Positions 1-8,742 of a stretch of 64,000 nucleotides of DNA are shown one piece after another. Under the pieces are notes generated by a model. That model searched no databases. It saw only the letters and a list, made by a program, of their open reading frames with translations, and was not told the DNA's origin. The stretch's first letter is position 1. Each line of letters opens with the position of its first letter. The stretch spans positions 62,001 through 126,000 of the IMG/VR virus record IMGVR_UViG_3300042308_001616, one strand, 5' to 3'. The translations under genes were made by a program, and so were the position numbers.

Positions 1-255
1 CCAAGCATCTATTACGACTATATCAGAACGAAAAAGAAGACCTTTGTCGTTGAGCATATTTGATAGTTCGGCGTTTGTACGGTATGCATGTGCTGGATGC
101 ATCTGATAATTAAGACCAATCTTATTATTATGTTCGAAGTAAAAAAGTATAGCCATATTACCGGCAAGCTCGTGCATCTGACATATTTGTAGTACAGCCT
201 TACTTACTACATTTTCTTCACCGGAGAAGTAGTTGAACCTTTTTAAATCTAACAT
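1..255 (-). CDS. Hypothetical protein, partial (runs off window start)
   Basis: Manual translation from ATG at 255 (MLDLKRFNYFSGEENVVSKAVLQ...SDIVVIDAW) stays open for 85 codons to the window edge; not in the ORF track. Confidence 0.6.
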   Translation of the reverse strand, partial: MLDLKRFNYFSGEENVVSKAVLQICQMHELAGNMAILFYFEHNNKIGLNYQMHPAHAYRTNAELSNMLNDKGLLFRSDIVVIDAW

Positions 256-324
256 ATTGATTGTAGTTCTTATACAAAACAAAGTTAATCTTTTTTGTTA
301 TAAAAACAAAAATAAAATATCCAT

Positions 325-1107
325 ATGGATCAAACAATGTATCAACCAAGTGAGGGGATTAAGTTCACCTACATCATAGCATACAGACATAGCTTAGACA
401 GATACCTTAATTTAAAAAGAGTTTTAGATTGGGTAAATGGTTTCAGTGGTTCTGAAGTTATTGTTGTTGAGCAAGACACACACTCCAAAATATCACATCT
501 TAATTTACCATGTAGAGTTATATTTACGAAATCTGATATACCTTTCAATAAATCAAACGCATTCAACGTAGGTGTAAAAGCATCACGTGCTAATATAGTT
601 GTGTTCGGTGATTCTGATTTGATAATGAAACCAGATGAATTCATCGATGCACTCAATGATGTCCAGAATTACGAGATGGTGAATCCTTACCATTCAGTTA
701 TAGACCTTACTGCACAAGAATCTATGCAAGATCTTTCTAATATGGTAAGAATTGATCGACCAGGACGTGGTGAAACTGATATACAGAAGGTTCCTTTGTG
801 TGGTGGTATTTGTATATTCCGAAAAGATGCCATACTAAAAATTGGAGCATGGTGTGAAGACTTTATCGGGTGGGGTGGAGAAGATGATTTCCAATCAGTT
901 AAGGTAAAGAATTTCTTAAGTTGGGTTGAAAGACCAAATAGATGTTACCACCTTTTTCATGAAAGGACTGCACCGGATATGAAATGGTATCAAAGAAACC
1001 TTCAGTTATTACAAAAATTGGGATCTCTTTCTAAAGAGGATTTACAAAGACATATAATGACAAGTGCACCTAAGATTGGTTTAAAAAACAAATATGACAA
1101 TTTCTGA
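325..1107 (+). CDS. GT-A glycosyltransferase (GT2 / GT7 C-terminal, galactosyltransferase-like)
   Basis: IIAYR...VIVVEQD, FNKS..FNVG, DSD (DxD) and GWGGEDDF motifs. Confidence 0.85.
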   Translation: MDQTMYQPSEGIKFTYIIAYRHSLDRYLNLKRVLDWVNGFSGSEVIVVEQDTHSKISHLNLPCRVIFTKSDIPFNKSNAFNVGVKASRANIVVFGDSDLIMKPDEFIDALNDVQNYEMVNPYHSVIDLTAQESMQDLSNMVRIDRPGRGETDIQKVPLCGGICIFRKDAILKIGAWCEDFIGWGGEDDFQSVKVKNFLSWVERPNRCYHLFHERTAPDMKWYQRNLQLLQKLGSLSKEDLQRHIMTSAPKIGLKNKYDNF

Positions 1108-1709
1108 TGGAAATTATAGAACCAAATCCAAGGCTATTAGAATATATAGCAGACGCATCATCATTATTTACTGACTTTGATGGTGCCCGTCGTGAGTTCA
1201 TTGAAAATGAAGAGTGGCATTATATACAATCCGAATTAGAACAAAACATATATCTTTTGAGTAGACTTGAAGAGAAAAAGTTACTACCTGAAAAGGTAGA
1301 CGTATTCGATTGTGGAATCGGTCTGGGTACTACTATGTTTGATCTTTATCTTCAGTCTAAAGATATGTTAGGGAAGAATTTTACATTTTCAGGAGTAGAG
1401 AAACATGATAGGTATTCAGACTTTCTTGAACAGAAATTATTACATTATTGGGATGGTAAACTAAATCTATATAGAGGCGATATAATGGATCGAGATTATA
1501 CTTCGTATAATATGGTTTATACTTATTCGCCTTTTAAAACTGTTGAAAAGTTAGAAGACTTTTATAAAAAAGTGGTTAGTGAGATATCATCCGGTTCTAT
1601 TATAATAGAGTCGAGGAATTGTGGAAAAGGTTTCGCTGAAACATTGTCACGTATACCTGGTCTCGAGGAGATAGAAGTAGATTGTATTTTTGTGTATAAA
1701 AAGAAATAA
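1107..1709 (+). CDS. Class I SAM-dependent methyltransferase
   Basis: VFDCGIGLG glycine-rich motif I, GVE motif II, GDIM, YTYSPF; start overlaps the GT stop. Confidence 0.75.
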   Translation: MEIIEPNPRLLEYIADASSLFTDFDGARREFIENEEWHYIQSELEQNIYLLSRLEEKKLLPEKVDVFDCGIGLGTTMFDLYLQSKDMLGKNFTFSGVEKHDRYSDFLEQKLLHYWDGKLNLYRGDIMDRDYTSYNMVYTYSPFKTVEKLEDFYKKVVSEISSGSIIIESRNCGKGFAETLSRIPGLEEIEVDCIFVYKKK

Positions 1710-1738
1710 AAAATGCCGACGTAATGTCGGCATTTTTT
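1708..1738. terminator. Bidirectional intrinsic terminator
   Basis: AAAAAATGCCGAC-gtaat-GTCGGCATTTTTT between convergent genes. Confidence 0.85.
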
Positions 1739-1739
1739 A

Positions 1740-2279
1740 TTAAACCATCTCCACTCGGAGTTTTTCATATTTTGTAAGTAGTGCATACATTCTTTCCCAC
1801 TCAGTATTAGGATCTTTCACAATTCGTTTACACCATTTATTGTTATTCAGATATTCTACAATCATTCCGGGTTTGATATCAGATTTACTTTTAGGTAACC
1901 AATACCTAGTTTTCTCAACAAATGAGAACGATACCCCATTATGTAGGTATGATTTGTTCTTAGAATCCGTATTGAACATAATAATACCCATTGGTCTTTC
2001 ATCACCACTATTGAATATTTTTCTCGGTTCAGTCTCACCTACGTATTTTATTATGGCACACTCTTGTGTATGTTCATCGAGTAATCTCAATACATCAAAT
2101 CGAAGTTCGTCGTTATCCACGGATTTATATGCTAAAACAGAGTCCTCGAAAATACCTTCATAATATCCCTGTATAGGTAATATTTGGTATTCTTTTGCCC
2201 AGAGAACCGATGTCAATGCGTCCATATTCTCAGAAGAGATTATGACATATGATGTATTAGGTTGTTCCAATGCGCTCAT
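1740..2279 (-). CDS. Hypothetical protein
   Basis: 179-aa ORF, TAATATATA motif just upstream, ends at the terminator. Confidence 0.75.
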   Translation of the reverse strand: MSALEQPNTSYVIISSENMDALTSVLWAKEYQILPIQGYYEGIFEDSVLAYKSVDNDELRFDVLRLLDEHTQECAIIKYVGETEPRKIFNSGDERPMGIIMFNTDSKNKSYLHNGVSFSFVEKTRYWLPKSKSDIKPGMIVEYLNNNKWCKRIVKDPNTEWERMYALLTKYEKLRVEMV

Positions 2280-2283
2280 GCGG

Positions 2284-3513
2284 TTATATATTAATATTCT
2301 CTGACGCCTTTTTAATTATACCAAATTCTTCATATAACCTAAGATTGAATATGGCTTCTATACTATCTCTGTGTCTAAAAGGTACTATGATACTATCATG
2401 TACGGTTGCCATTTTAACATCTGGCATTTGTTGCATCACATTCTTAACTATTCGGTTGAACAATAATGAAGATTCTGCCTTCTGTAATTCGTAAGCAAGA
2501 ACACGATAATCACCTTTTTCTTTTTTGTATAACTTTATGAAGTTGTGTATAGTTGGAAATAGTGAAGAGAAAACTTTATCTGCCTTACAACTATGAGCAT
2601 TCTTACCGAAAAGTACTCTATATGTCATCTCCTTTACTACCGATCTGTCATTATTACCGGTGGCATCCATTACATATTGGTAATAAATTCCATTTATAGT
2701 GAGATATTTGAAAAGTTCAAATTCATCCTGTTTTACCCATTTAGTACCGGAACTCTCAATCACTTTTGTGAGAAAGAGTGGCTGACTATTTTTTATGTCT
2801 ATCTCATGTGTAGGTTCTCCGTCTATGAGTAGGCACGTTTTGCGTATGAACGATTTAAGTATTGTGAAGTTTGTGTGCATCCTACCATAATTATCAAAAT
2901 GATAAAATATATGTTTGTCACCAATACACTCTACAGAATATACATTTCGGTTGTATATGTCTCCGTCAAAGTCTTTCAAATTATCTAAGTAGAATATTGC
3001 GGCAGATTGGTCTATCTCTACGTGAAATAAATCATCGACCAACTTCGCTTTAACATCTGCGTGTATAAGATCCGATCCTATATCGCCGTCTTCTACACGA
3101 GAGACACTATTCTTATATTTTCTGAGTAGTGTTTTGTCACGGTTTGAATACCTTAGTATCTTACCTTTTAGTACTTCGGAACAAATACTATATGATCGGG
3201 AGTTTCTTCCTGCTAAATAGTTTGACCTCATCTCTATCAATCGATTATCGACCAACCAGGATATGTAGTGGTTATAAAGATGGCCGTACTTCTCTTTCAA
3301 TATCGATGAATGAAGACTAAATTTGTTGTCTTTTTTGAAATAGTATTTTAGTATAAGACCGTGTATTATATCAACTAAGTAGGCCGTTTTTATTTTTTTA
3401 TTGTTGTGTAGTATAGTTTTACAATCAACTAAGTATTGCATTTTGACTGGAAGGAATTGTAGTGTACGTTCCTTCAATTCTAGTTTTTCTCTTATACTAG
3501 TTACCGATTCCAT
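2284..3513 (-). CDS. Family A polymerase-like protein (PolA / T7-RNAP superfamily palm) with N-terminal HTH-like region, no exonuclease
   Basis: YGRMH, EIDIKNSQP (motif A Asp), RSVVKEMTYRVLFG (motif B R..K...Y...G), TVHDSII (motif C). Confidence 0.65.
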   Translation of the reverse strand: MESVTSIREKLELKERTLQFLPVKMQYLVDCKTILHNNKKIKTAYLVDIIHGLILKYYFKKDNKFSLHSSILKEKYGHLYNHYISWLVDNRLIEMRSNYLAGRNSRSYSICSEVLKGKILRYSNRDKTLLRKYKNSVSRVEDGDIGSDLIHADVKAKLVDDLFHVEIDQSAAIFYLDNLKDFDGDIYNRNVYSVECIGDKHIFYHFDNYGRMHTNFTILKSFIRKTCLLIDGEPTHEIDIKNSQPLFLTKVIESSGTKWVKQDEFELFKYLTINGIYYQYVMDATGNNDRSVVKEMTYRVLFGKNAHSCKADKVFSSLFPTIHNFIKLYKKEKGDYRVLAYELQKAESSLLFNRIVKNVMQQMPDVKMATVHDSIIVPFRHRDSIEAIFNLRLYEEFGIIKKASENINI

Positions 3514-3685
3514 ACAACTCCTTTATTTTACTAACTCTATTCACTGCACGAAAAACACTAGTAATTGTGTAACTTTTAAAGTCTATTTTCAGACCTTCGA
3601 AGGTCTCACGTGTACATTCTGCACGTAGCGGTTTTATTTTCGAGGTTACTTCTACCTCTGACATATTTAGTTCTATGTTGTCCAT
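3497..3685 (-). CDS. Small hypothetical protein
   Basis: 62-aa ORF overlapping the start of the polymerase-like gene on the same strand. Confidence 0.5.
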   Translation of the reverse strand: MDNIELNMSEVEVTSKIKPLRAECTRETFEGLKIDFKSYTITSVFRAVNRVSKIKELYGIGN

Positions 3686-3719
3686 ATTTTTTATATGTTA
3701 TCGTTGTCGTTTGTTGCCA

Positions 3720-3744
3720 AAAAAACCCGAATGTGTCGGGTTTA
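3720..3744. terminator. Hairpin / probable terminator
   Basis: AAAACCCGA-atgtg-TCGGGTTT at the end of 3742..3939. Confidence 0.55.
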
Positions 3745-3939
3745 TATGTTGATGATGTTGTAATAAACATCTGGATACTTTATCTCATTTCTATCATTTG
3801 GATCGTATTTGAATCCTTTTTGATTCTTCTCGTCAAACAATCTGTTTGATTCGACAAGCTTCTCCATTGTAGGAGTTTTTGTTGGCTTTATAGACTGTAG
3901 CTCTCTGTGCCAGAAATCGTATCTCTCGTAGTCGTTCAT
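3742..3939 (-). CDS. Small hypothetical protein
   Basis: 65-aa ORF directly after 3943..5262 and followed by a hairpin. Confidence 0.5.
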   Translation of the reverse strand: MNDYERYDFWHRELQSIKPTKTPTMEKLVESNRLFDEKNQKGFKYDPNDRNEIKYPDVYYNIINI

Positions 3940-3942
3940 TTT

Positions 3943-5262
3943 CTATATTGTTTTTTCACCAATTTCTGGTTTTCCACCTGGTGTTGGTTTTTTCTTTTTC
4001 TTATCTGATGCACCTGCTTCAATTTCGGAATATACGTCTGGATAGACTTCACCTGCAGCGTCTGTGTCATATTTAATATCAAAGAAGTCTCCGAAGTCAA
4101 GTAGTCCTGCTCTGGCTAATTCAACCTCACTAGCTCTTCCGAGATGTTCGTCAACCATTCCGGATAGGTCATCAACGAATCTGTTGAATAAAGAAACTGT
4201 ACTATCTGTGAATACTCCTATTGGTCTTTTTTTCTTTTTGTTGAATGATCCAAGTATTACTTTGAATATGTACTCTAATTTACTATTTTCTTCCAAATAC
4301 TCTTTAGTTGTTCTATTATCAACCAACGATTTATTTATTCTGAATTTGTCTTTATCGAAAAATTCAGGTATGGTAAATTCAAAATCTAACAAATCTTCTT
4401 TGACTTCTGCCAGATAAAGGTTGTAAAGTCTACAAACTAAACTAAGGTATACCTCTTCACGGTTGTTACCTCTAATTTTAACATCACGTATTTGTATAGA
4501 TTGACAAAAGTTTAGAAAGTTTATCAATATAAGTGTGTATATCTCAACAAAGTCTGTTGAGTTTGTTTCACTAACTCTTTTATATAAAGGGTTTAGTAGT
4601 TCAAATGATGTATCACCTGAAGTGAGTCTGAATATTAGTTTTTCTACATTCCTCTGGAAATCTCCATTCATAAGAAAAGAAGATTCTGTTGCAGGGTTTA
4701 ACATTTTGTAGAAAAAGAATGTAAAGTTTTTCTCACCAAAAACATACTCGAGATCATCTTCACTGGTATTCAGAAAATACTTTATAGCCTCAATCATTCT
4801 TTCCGTCAGTCTTCCTTGAAATACTACCGGAATCATCTCAACATCAATCAGTCTGGCATATTCTGCTAACTCCTCTATGTTGAAATCATATTTTCCACTT
4901 TTATGTATTCCTGTTATAACAAGACCATTTTTGGGAATTCTATCATATTCGATATTGGCAGGTTGATTATCTGGAAAATACTCAAAACAAAACCACCATT
5001 TTTTGTTCAATAGAGATTTAACACGTGTGTCGAGTGATTTGAAGTATTCAACCCCTGGGTTGTAATAGTTCTGCATTGCTAAGTCTACAAGGTTGATTGG
5101 TTCACTACTTAGTGATTTTGGTTTTATCGTGAATTCTGTACCATTCCAGTTTACCCATATCTTACTACCCTGTATATCTTCGAGTACTATTAGTTCTTCA
5201 TTGAATAACGAGTTCAGTAATTGTTCACTTTCCGACTCGTTCATATTTATGAGTTTGGCCAT
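3943..5262 (-). CDS. ATP-dependent RNA-ligase-fold protein, probably catalytically inactive
   Basis: LEDIQGSKI aligns with ligase motif I (EKxxG[ST]N) with Lys replaced by Asp; FCFEYF, IPVVFQG and EKLIFR resemble the later motifs. Confidence 0.5.
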   Translation of the reverse strand: MAKLINMNESESEQLLNSLFNEELIVLEDIQGSKIWVNWNGTEFTIKPKSLSSEPINLVDLAMQNYYNPGVEYFKSLDTRVKSLLNKKWWFCFEYFPDNQPANIEYDRIPKNGLVITGIHKSGKYDFNIEELAEYARLIDVEMIPVVFQGRLTERMIEAIKYFLNTSEDDLEYVFGEKNFTFFFYKMLNPATESSFLMNGDFQRNVEKLIFRLTSGDTSFELLNPLYKRVSETNSTDFVEIYTLILINFLNFCQSIQIRDVKIRGNNREEVYLSLVCRLYNLYLAEVKEDLLDFEFTIPEFFDKDKFRINKSLVDNRTTKEYLEENSKLEYIFKVILGSFNKKKKRPIGVFTDSTVSLFNRFVDDLSGMVDEHLGRASEVELARAGLLDFGDFFDIKYDTDAAGEVYPDVYSEIEAGASDKKKKKPTPGGKPEIGEKTI

Positions 5263-5291
5263 CTTTGATTTATGTTTTTTATCAGATTAGG

Positions 5292-5301
5292 TTATATATA
5301 A
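5292..5301. promoter_or_regulatory. Putative late promoter (TTATATATAA) between divergent genes
   Basis: Self-complementary copy of the TATATA motif that recurs upstream of more than 20 genes. Confidence 0.55.
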
Positions 5302-5333
5302 AAAACCATCCATCAAATGTTTATATAATGTTT

Positions 5334-7448
5334 ATGAAAAAGTTGATGATAATTGTACCACATCTATCTACCGGTGGACTTCCACAATACGTGGCTAAAC
5401 AAATAGAAATGTCGTGTGGTGAGTATGAAATATGGTGCGTTGAATGGGACAGTATAACTGGTGGTGTTCTTGTTGTACAACGGAACAAAATACAAAATCT
5501 TATTGGTACCGGACTCGTAACATTGGGAGAAGATAAAGATGAATTTTTACGATTATTAGATGATGTTTGTCCGGACATTATACATTTCCAAGAGATTCCG
5601 GAAACTTTTATACAGAGGACAATACTTGATGATGTTTATAAAGATGATAGACATTGGCAAATATTGGTGACGACTCACTCTTCGTATACAGAACCTTCTA
5701 ATATATCTTATGGTGCAGACAGATTTGTATTAGTTTCGGACTGGAGTAGGAGACGTTTTGCATCTGTATATGGTGACGATAGGTGTTCAATTTGGGAATA
5801 TCCTGTGGAAAAGAAGGTATTTGATAAAATTTCAGCGAAGAAGAAATTGGGATTTGAACTAGATAAGGTACATTTTCTACATGTTGGTTTATTCACACCT
5901 GGTAAAAATCAGAAATTGATTGTGGATGCTGCCAGATTATTACAATCGATGGATAATATACGAGTACACTTTGTGGGTAATCAAGCTGAAAATTTTAGGG
6001 ACTACTGGGAACCAATTATGGCAGACTTTCCGTTGAATTGTACTTGGCATGGCGAAAGACACAACGTTGATGATTTCTATAAAGCCGCGGATGTTTTTCT
6101 TTTTCCATCTCTATTCGAACTAAATCCACTTTCGTTGAAAGAGGCATCAGGATTTGGACTACCAATAGCACTCAACAAATTAGAAACATATGATGGTGCG
6201 TGGGACAATTGCGTTGATTTACATATGGATCCGGAAGGTGCGTCACGTGTTATGTGTGAAATGGTGGAATCGGTTAGTGGTTTTTTTGACGGAACACTAT
6301 ATGGTGAGTCTACTAAAATGACAGATATTGTAAGGAGATTAGATCCTTTGATAAGTATAAACTTCATAAATGGACCTTATGTAGAAGTCAATAATGCACC
6401 TGGAGAAGAATTTGACTTAACAATAACTGATAGAAAAAGTGGATTTGTTGTTTATGGAACAACAATTGGGAATGGATGTTGGGCACGTGCTAATTTGATG
6501 TATGTTAGAGATTGGAGAATAAGATTGGTACGTAAATCGGATGGTAAGGAATTTATAAGAGATTTCGATCCTAATGGTAAAAGAGTTTTTATATCTCTGG
6601 AATCTAGGTCAATTGGTGATACTCTAGCTTGGTTTCCACAGGTTGAAGAGTTTAGAAAGAAACATGATTGTAAAATCGTATGTTCTACTTTTTGGAATGA
6701 ACAACTAAGTGGTCAATATCCTGAGATAGAGTTTGTTTCACCCGGTAGTGTTGTTGATAACATATATGCTATGTTTAGTATTGGGTGGTTTTTTGATGGT
6801 GATTCGTATTGTCCGAGAAGACATCCACGTGACTTCAAAAATCTTCCATTGGGACAGACTGCAGCAGACATACTCAACATTGAGTATAAACAGGAGAGAG
6901 CTAGGTTGGATGTATCGAATGTTATAAAATCACGTAAGGTTGGACTTGGAATTCACTCCACTGCACAAACCAAATATTGGAACAATCCAACCGGATGGCA
7001 GGATGTTACTAATTTTCTAACTAAGATAGGATATGAGGTTATTATACTATCCAATGAGGGTGATGGTTATATGGGTAATAACTATCCGTCGGGTGCGTCT
7101 GTATTACCATCTGGTAGTTTTGATCGACTCAAAGAAGAGATGGTTAGTTGTGAACTTTTTATTGGTATAGGATCAGGTCTAAGTTGGTTATCATGGACTC
7201 TTGGAGTACCTACCGTACTCATATCGGGTTTCAGTCGTCCTGAATCTGAGTTTGAGGGAGATGGTGTTCTTAGAATATTCAATGAAAGTAGTTGTAATGG
7301 ATGTTACAATAGATACAAATTCAACGCAGGTGATTGGAATTGGTGTCCGGACCACGCAGGAACGGAAAGACAATTTGAGTGTACAAAGTCGATAACCGGA
7401 AGACATGTCATAGCAAGAATGATTGAAGAGGGTTTTGTTCATATATAA
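5334..7448 (+). CDS. Fusion of a GT4 glycosyltransferase and a TibC/AAH-like protein O-heptosyltransferase
   Basis: N-half: HVGLFTPGKNQ, ADVFLFPSLFELNPLSLKEA (GT4). C-half: ISLESRSIGDTLAWFP, GIHSTAQTKYWNNP, FIGIGSGLSWLSW, and Cys cluster CNGC...WNWCP...FECTKSI. Start moved from 5265 to MKKLMII. Confidence 0.85.
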   Translation: MKKLMIIVPHLSTGGLPQYVAKQIEMSCGEYEIWCVEWDSITGGVLVVQRNKIQNLIGTGLVTLGEDKDEFLRLLDDVCPDIIHFQEIPETFIQRTILDDVYKDDRHWQILVTTHSSYTEPSNISYGADRFVLVSDWSRRRFASVYGDDRCSIWEYPVEKKVFDKISAKKKLGFELDKVHFLHVGLFTPGKNQKLIVDAARLLQSMDNIRVHFVGNQAENFRDYWEPIMADFPLNCTWHGERHNVDDFYKAADVFLFPSLFELNPLSLKEASGFGLPIALNKLETYDGAWDNCVDLHMDPEGASRVMCEMVESVSGFFDGTLYGESTKMTDIVRRLDPLISINFINGPYVEVNNAPGEEFDLTITDRKSGFVVYGTTIGNGCWARANLMYVRDWRIRLVRKSDGKEFIRDFDPNGKRVFISLESRSIGDTLAWFPQVEEFRKKHDCKIVCSTFWNEQLSGQYPEIEFVSPGSVVDNIYAMFSIGWFFDGDSYCPRRHPRDFKNLPLGQTAADILNIEYKQERARLDVSNVIKSRKVGLGIHSTAQTKYWNNPTGWQDVTNFLTKIGYEVIILSNEGDGYMGNNYPSGASVLPSGSFDRLKEEMVSCELFIGIGSGLSWLSWTLGVPTVLISGFSRPESEFEGDGVLRIFNESSCNGCYNRYKFNAGDWNWCPDHAGTERQFECTKSITGRHVIARMIEEGFVHI

Positions 7449-7480
7449 AAAAATCCGAGATAAATTATCTCGGATTTTTT
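7447..7480. terminator. Bidirectional intrinsic terminator
   Basis: AAAAAAATCCGAGATAA-a-TTATCTCGGATTTTTT between convergent genes. Confidence 0.85.
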
Positions 7481-7495
7481 ATTATAAAAATTTTA

Positions 7496-8269
7496 CTATT
7501 TTCTTACCTTTACACTTACGCCTGTTTTAGAAGTATTCTTTCTCACTTTCTGGTTTTTACCTTCGTTTATATTGACGGTTACCTTTTTAGACGCCTTCAC
7601 AACGAATTTGTCTTCCCATGGTGTGAATAGTGTTCCATCCGCATTTACTTCGAGACGTATATTACCCTTAGCACCCTCGTTTAGTATACTCAGTTTCTTC
7701 ATTGGTATTACACACTGTCCGTTTTTGATTTCACCGACAAACATAAGTGTCCACTCATCACTCTCAACTATAAGTCTAACCTCTGTGTCAGATTGGTTCA
7801 CACCCTCTACTGCGATATCACATCGGAAGTCTTCTGCTTTGTCTTTGTATAATTTATAATATTCATCAGTTTCGTTACTTTCGTTGTGACCGAAATCGAA
7901 GTGATTATCTTTTTCATAATCTTCTTCACTTTCACCAGTAGCAAGTCCGTTCATATACACAGAGAACTGATTTATATACTCAGTTGTGTCCTTAGTATTA
8001 TTGTATGTTTCTGATTTCTCAAAATCTTCAATGTTATTCATCACTGCATCGCCGTATGAATCTCTCATAGAATCCGCAACTGCATCGTAATCCACACCAT
8101 CAACGTTATTATTAACGATATAAGGATTCAATGAATGATCAATATGCTCGTCATCGTCTTCACTCTCTGACTCATTTATAATACCTTCTTTTATAAGGTT
8201 AGACTTCATTTTTGTCAATTTTTCAACATCTATAAAGTCTTCAAATCTGAATATGTCTTTTTCTTCCAT
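7496..8269 (-). CDS. Hypothetical acidic, probably virion-associated protein
   Basis: 257 aa; N-terminal IFRFEDF motif and IKE/INE sites; beta-rich C-terminal domain; TATATA upstream. Confidence 0.7.
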   Translation of the reverse strand: MEEKDIFRFEDFIDVEKLTKMKSNLIKEGIINESESEDDDEHIDHSLNPYIVNNNVDGVDYDAVADSMRDSYGDAVMNNIEDFEKSETYNNTKDTTEYINQFSVYMNGLATGESEEDYEKDNHFDFGHNESNETDEYYKLYKDKAEDFRCDIAVEGVNQSDTEVRLIVESDEWTLMFVGEIKNGQCVIPMKKLSILNEGAKGNIRLEVNADGTLFTPWEDKFVVKASKKVTVNINEGKNQKVRKNTSKTGVSVKVRK

Positions 8270-8285
8270 AATTTATATATTTTTT

Positions 8286-8675
8286 TTAAAAATCAATTTT
8301 TACACTCACTTCATTTATGAATCGAGTGAATTCGTTTACGGTAACCTTAATTTCTTTTGTAGGTTCCTTTATTACGTCGTAGTCAACTCCTCTAACACGA
8401 CAATATAACTTTATAATTTTCTTTGTATTTTCTTCACCAATGTCTTTTGACATCTGCATCCATGGATTTCCCTTTTCATATTCCCCTCTGTATGCACCAC
8501 CTCCGTGTCTAATACTTTTTATTTCGAGTAATATGAAGACTTCGTCCCATGTTAGATCAACGTTTTCCCATTTCAGGGTAACTTCTTCCCACTTTAGGTA
8601 TTTTTTACCAGCAGAAACCTCGTCGTTTGTCCAATTTAGGTCTGTGTTTAGTAGGTTGGAATGTATTAGAGGCAC
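8286..8675 (-). CDS. Hypothetical protein with Trp-heptad repeat
   Basis: GTG start; KWEEVTL-KWENVDL-TWDEV; TAATATATA upstream. Confidence 0.65.
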   Translation of the reverse strand: MPLIHSNLLNTDLNWTNDEVSAGKKYLKWEEVTLKWENVDLTWDEVFILLEIKSIRHGGGAYRGEYEKGNPWMQMSKDIGEENTKKIIKLYCRVRGVDYDVIKEPTKEIKVTVNEFTRFINEVSVKIDF

Positions 8676-8742
8676 GTTTATTCTTTTTTGTCTTATATAT
8701 TATTAAAACGTGGTTGGACTCATGATAGTTAATATATAAAAC

